DNA from: Candidatus Caldarchaeales archaeon
GTDB taxonomy: Archaea > Thermoproteota > Nitrososphaeria_A > Caldarchaeales > Wolframiiraptoraceae
Length of the DNA: 64,000 nucleotides
Assembly (NCBI GenBank): GCA_039630055.1
Contig: JBCNVN010000004.1
Span: 19,811 to 83,810 of the forward strand
Direction: 5' to 3'
This document shows, one piece after another, positions 61,072 through 64,000 of this stretch (the stretch's first letter is position 1; every line of letters begins with the position of its first letter). Below the pieces are notes generated by a model. It saw nothing but the letters and a program-made list of their open reading frames with translations, was not told where the DNA came from and did no database searches. The translations under genes and the position numbers were made by a program.

Positions 61072-62357
61072 CTGTACTTATAATGCATCTCAAAGATGTC
61101 TTTGACGCTGGTCCTCTCTTCTTCAAATCTAGATTCAAACGATTCAAACTCGATGTCTTTGATCGAAAATCTCTTATGTTCCCACTTATTATCAACATAT
61201 TTCAGCGCTAGATCTTTAACGAATTTACTTGTAAAATTGTTTATAGCATGTGAAAGGAATCCTAAGGCTATCAACTTCACGGCTGAACTCATCTCTAATC
61301 CACGTGACATTAAGTAGAAGAGCTGTTCTCGGTCTATTGATGATGAAGATGAAGAGTGAGTTGCCTTTACATCGTTGGTTTCTATCTCTAGACTGGGTAT
61401 AGCGTCAGCCGAGGCTTCCTTATCTAACAATAGTGAATGCGAGGCTAGATATGAGTTCGAATTCTTAGAGTTGGACAATATTCTGATTATCCCTTTGAAT
61501 AGAGACCTGCTACTCTCTCTTAAAGCATTTCTATTCAAAGATTTAGCTACCGTATCTCTCCCTAGATGTATTAAGTTTGTTGTAAGATCAAACTTCTGAT
61601 CCCTTTCACCATATGATACCTCTATATTCTCGGCTAGAGATCCTACACCTTTCAGATATATGTTGGTTCTCGTCTTTGTTATGGATGAGCCTAGAAAGAC
61701 CTTATTCAGTCGAAACGTTGCATCATCTTCACAGATGATGTCTTGAATCTGTATGAATCTTCCCGAGTCATATGTTTGTAAATCATATATTGTAGCTGTA
61801 GAATTTCTTCCCAATACTATTGTCCAGCCTTCTGCATCTAGTGAGTCTTCATATCCACCAAATCTATTAATCATAATATTGACCCTACTGTTTGATTCTA
61901 CGTAGATGAAGTTTTTAGCCACGGTGGTCCCATCTAGGATTGAGAATCCTATTATTGGAAGACTTAACTCTAGGTTTTTAGGGATGTATATGAAAACTCC
62001 AGTATCAAAGAAAGAGTTTACGAAGCTGGGAAGCTTCTCATAATCAACGTTAAAATAGGGTCTTATCAGGGTTTCATACTTTTTTAAAGCCACTGTAATG
62101 TCTTGTATAATGAGCCCTGCCTTACTTGAATCATTTTTTACCCCTGACTCTAAACCTCCATTTAGAATAAAATAATTTAAATCTCTATTTAAGTCGATAT
62201 CGATCTCTCTTCTCCTATTTCTCACCTCTACTTTATCAAAATCGATATCTAAGAGATTATACTTCTTAAATAATTCTGAATTCTCTATTATCTCTTCTTT
62301 AAAGATCCTATAGGATCTTCTTCTGAATTCTTGTAGCCACTCATCTTCATTCTCCAT
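61068..62357 (-). CDS. sufD: Fe-S assembly protein SufD
   Basis: ADAIPSLEIETNDVKATHS and QLFYLMSRG. Confidence 0.9.
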   Translation of the reverse strand: MENEDEWLQEFRRRSYRIFKEEIIENSELFKKYNLLDIDFDKVEVRNRRREIDIDLNRDLNYFILNGGLESGVKNDSSKAGLIIQDITVALKKYETLIRPYFNVDYEKLPSFVNSFFDTGVFIYIPKNLELSLPIIGFSILDGTTVAKNFIYVESNSRVNIMINRFGGYEDSLDAEGWTIVLGRNSTATIYDLQTYDSGRFIQIQDIICEDDATFRLNKVFLGSSITKTRTNIYLKGVGSLAENIEVSYGERDQKFDLTTNLIHLGRDTVAKSLNRNALRESSRSLFKGIIRILSNSKNSNSYLASHSLLLDKEASADAIPSLEIETNDVKATHSSSSSSIDREQLFYLMSRGLEMSSAVKLIALGFLSHAINNFTSKFVKDLALKYVDNKWEHKRFSIKDIEFESFESRFEEERTSVKDIFEMHYKYR

Positions 62358-62363
62358 GTTTTC

Positions 62364-63752
62364 TCATCCTACCGTGCCTTCCATCTCCAACTTAATCAAT
62401 CTATTAAATTCAACAGCATACTCGAAGGGTAATTCTTTGATGAAGGGTTCTAGAAACCCTAGTACGATCATGTTTAATGCATCTTCTTCCTTTATCCCCC
62501 TAGACATCAAATAGAATAATTGGTCATCGCCTATCTTACCGACTGTCGCCTCATGAGTTACCTCAGCATCCTTTTCATGGATTTCATTGTAGGGATATGT
62601 GTCGGTTCTCGATTTATCGTCTAATATTAGTGCATCACATCTAACAGATGACTTTACGCCTACCGCACCCTTCTTAACTAGCAATAGTCCACGATAGGTC
62701 GTCCTTCCACCATCTTTACAGATGGATTTAGATGTTATTCTAGATGTAGTGTATGGAGCAAGGTGTAGAACCTTGGCCCCGGCATCCTGATGCTGTCCTC
62801 TCCCGGCAAATGCGACGGATAGAATCTCAGCTTTCGCATTCTCTCCTAACAGATATACGCTTGGATACTTCATATTTACACGGGAACCAATGTTTGCATC
62901 AATCCATTGAACTTCTGAGTCTCTATAAGCAAAAGCCCTCTTTGTAACCAAGTTGTAAACATCATGGCTCCAATTTTGTAGAGTCGTATATCTTACCTTT
63001 GCTCCTTCTTTCGCTATTACCTCTACTACTGCAGCGTGGAGAGATTGTGCAGAATAGTAGGGGGCGATACATCCTTCAATATAGCTTACTTTAGAGTTTC
63101 TATCTGCCACTATGAGTGTTCTTTCAAATTGTCCCATTTTAGGTGCATTCAATCTAAAGAAGACTTGTAGAGGCATCTCGATCTTTACGTTTGGTGGAAC
63201 ATAGATGAATGTGCCCCCACAGAATACAGCACTATTCAATGCTGCAAACTTATTATCAGTGTATGGGACAACACGTCCAAAATATTGTCTCACCAAGTCT
63301 GGATATTCTCTTATCGCAGTATTTATATCCTCGAAGATCACTCCCTTCTTGGATAAGTCTTCTCTCAGTTTATGATAGACCGACATCGTCTCGTACATGG
63401 CTCCAGCACCAGCTAAGAATTCTCTTTCAGCTTTCGGTATTCCGAGCTTATCAAAGATCTTCCTCATCTCTTCTGGCATCTCTTCCCAGCTTTTCACCTG
63501 ACCCTTGATAGGTTTAGCAAAATATGTTATCTCATCAAAGTTTATGCCTGATAGGTCTGCACCCCAGGTAGGGATCTCCCTACGCATGAAGTGTTCTAAA
63601 GCTTTTAGTCTAAATTCAAGCATCCACTCTGGCTCTCTCATCTCTGTCGAGATCAGCCTTACGATCTCTTCGCTTAGACCCTTAGGTGCGATGAATTCGT
63701 ACTCTAATTCTTCTCTCAACATATGCTTCGTTCTATCGATCTCTAATACCAT
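62364..63752 (-). CDS. sufB: Fe-S assembly protein SufB
   Basis: DNKFAALN, GQFERTLI, YIEGC, SLHAAVVE and HEATVGK. Confidence 0.95.
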   Translation of the reverse strand: MVLEIDRTKHMLREELEYEFIAPKGLSEEIVRLISTEMREPEWMLEFRLKALEHFMRREIPTWGADLSGINFDEITYFAKPIKGQVKSWEEMPEEMRKIFDKLGIPKAEREFLAGAGAMYETMSVYHKLREDLSKKGVIFEDINTAIREYPDLVRQYFGRVVPYTDNKFAALNSAVFCGGTFIYVPPNVKIEMPLQVFFRLNAPKMGQFERTLIVADRNSKVSYIEGCIAPYYSAQSLHAAVVEVIAKEGAKVRYTTLQNWSHDVYNLVTKRAFAYRDSEVQWIDANIGSRVNMKYPSVYLLGENAKAEILSVAFAGRGQHQDAGAKVLHLAPYTTSRITSKSICKDGGRTTYRGLLLVKKGAVGVKSSVRCDALILDDKSRTDTYPYNEIHEKDAEVTHEATVGKIGDDQLFYLMSRGIKEEDALNMIVLGFLEPFIKELPFEYAVEFNRLIKLEMEGTVG

Positions 63753-64000
63753 CTACTCACCTCCTTGGTATCCTTTAGCCTCTATCTCATGGGCCAATTC
63801 GGCGCCTCCAGTCTTCTTTATCTCTCCATCAATCATTACGTGCACTAGATGAGGCTTTACATGGTATAGAATCCGATTGTAATGAGTGATTAAGAGTACC
63901 CCAATATTATGTTTCTCGACAGCGATGTTGATAGCTTTCGAGATCAATCTTAGAGAGTCTATATCTATCCCCGAATCGGGTTCATCAAGGATAGCAAACT
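63753..64000 (-). CDS. sufC: Fe-S assembly ATPase SufC (C-terminal part; start lies outside the window)
   Basis: Manual translation gives FAILDEPDSGIDIDSLR...LLITHYNRIL...IEAKGY. Confidence 0.92.
   Translation of the reverse strand, partial: FAILDEPDSGIDIDSLRLISKAINIAVEKHNIGVLLITHYNRILYHVKPHLVHVMIDGEIKKTGGAELAHEIEAKGYQGGE

Noticed and set aside
285-63852. Many 60-280 aa ORFs antisense to or overlapping called genes (e.g. 923-1105, 30730-31578, 34929-35465)
   Set aside because: These are shadow frames of well-supported genes and have no motifs of their own.
1-64000. tRNA, rRNA, CRISPR array, IS element or provirus
   Set aside because: Intergenic regions are short and AT-rich with no GC-rich structured segments or spaced repeats, and I saw no transposase, integrase or capsid genes.

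Overview
Gene-dense, AT-rich chromosomal segment of a TACK-type archaeon, probably thermophilic and possibly Caldarchaeales/Aigarchaeota. The assignment rests on crenactin, aIF2-gamma, EF-2, RFC, Cdc6, Taw1 and type-2 IDI. Bases 1-23431 look like one catabolic island. It encodes a Tat-exported BMP nucleoside-binding protein, a cyclase-family amidohydrolase, two paralogous xanthine-oxidase-family Mo enzymes whose small-subunit genes share a perfect 151-bp inverted repeat, and FdrA/DUF1116/DUF2877 (AllFGH-like) with a split-off FdrA tail gene. It also encodes a MoaD/SAMP-like protein, PrpB/PrpD, a Na+-pumping acyl-CoA decarboxylase with BirA/BioY, and a GNAT-like protein. My best hypothesis, which is inference only, is an energy-conserving oxidative pyrimidine (uracil/thymine) pathway. 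The rest is mostly housekeeping: cdc6, rfcL, intein-containing rfcS, a crenactin/arcadin-2 locus with an unrecognised partner gene, EF-2, an amino-acid ABC transporter, Mrp, Moco genes, rps4, aIF2-gamma, ndk, fni and a sufCBDSU operon. I found no tRNA, rRNA, CRISPR array or transposase. All homology calls come from motif recognition and memory, not database searches.
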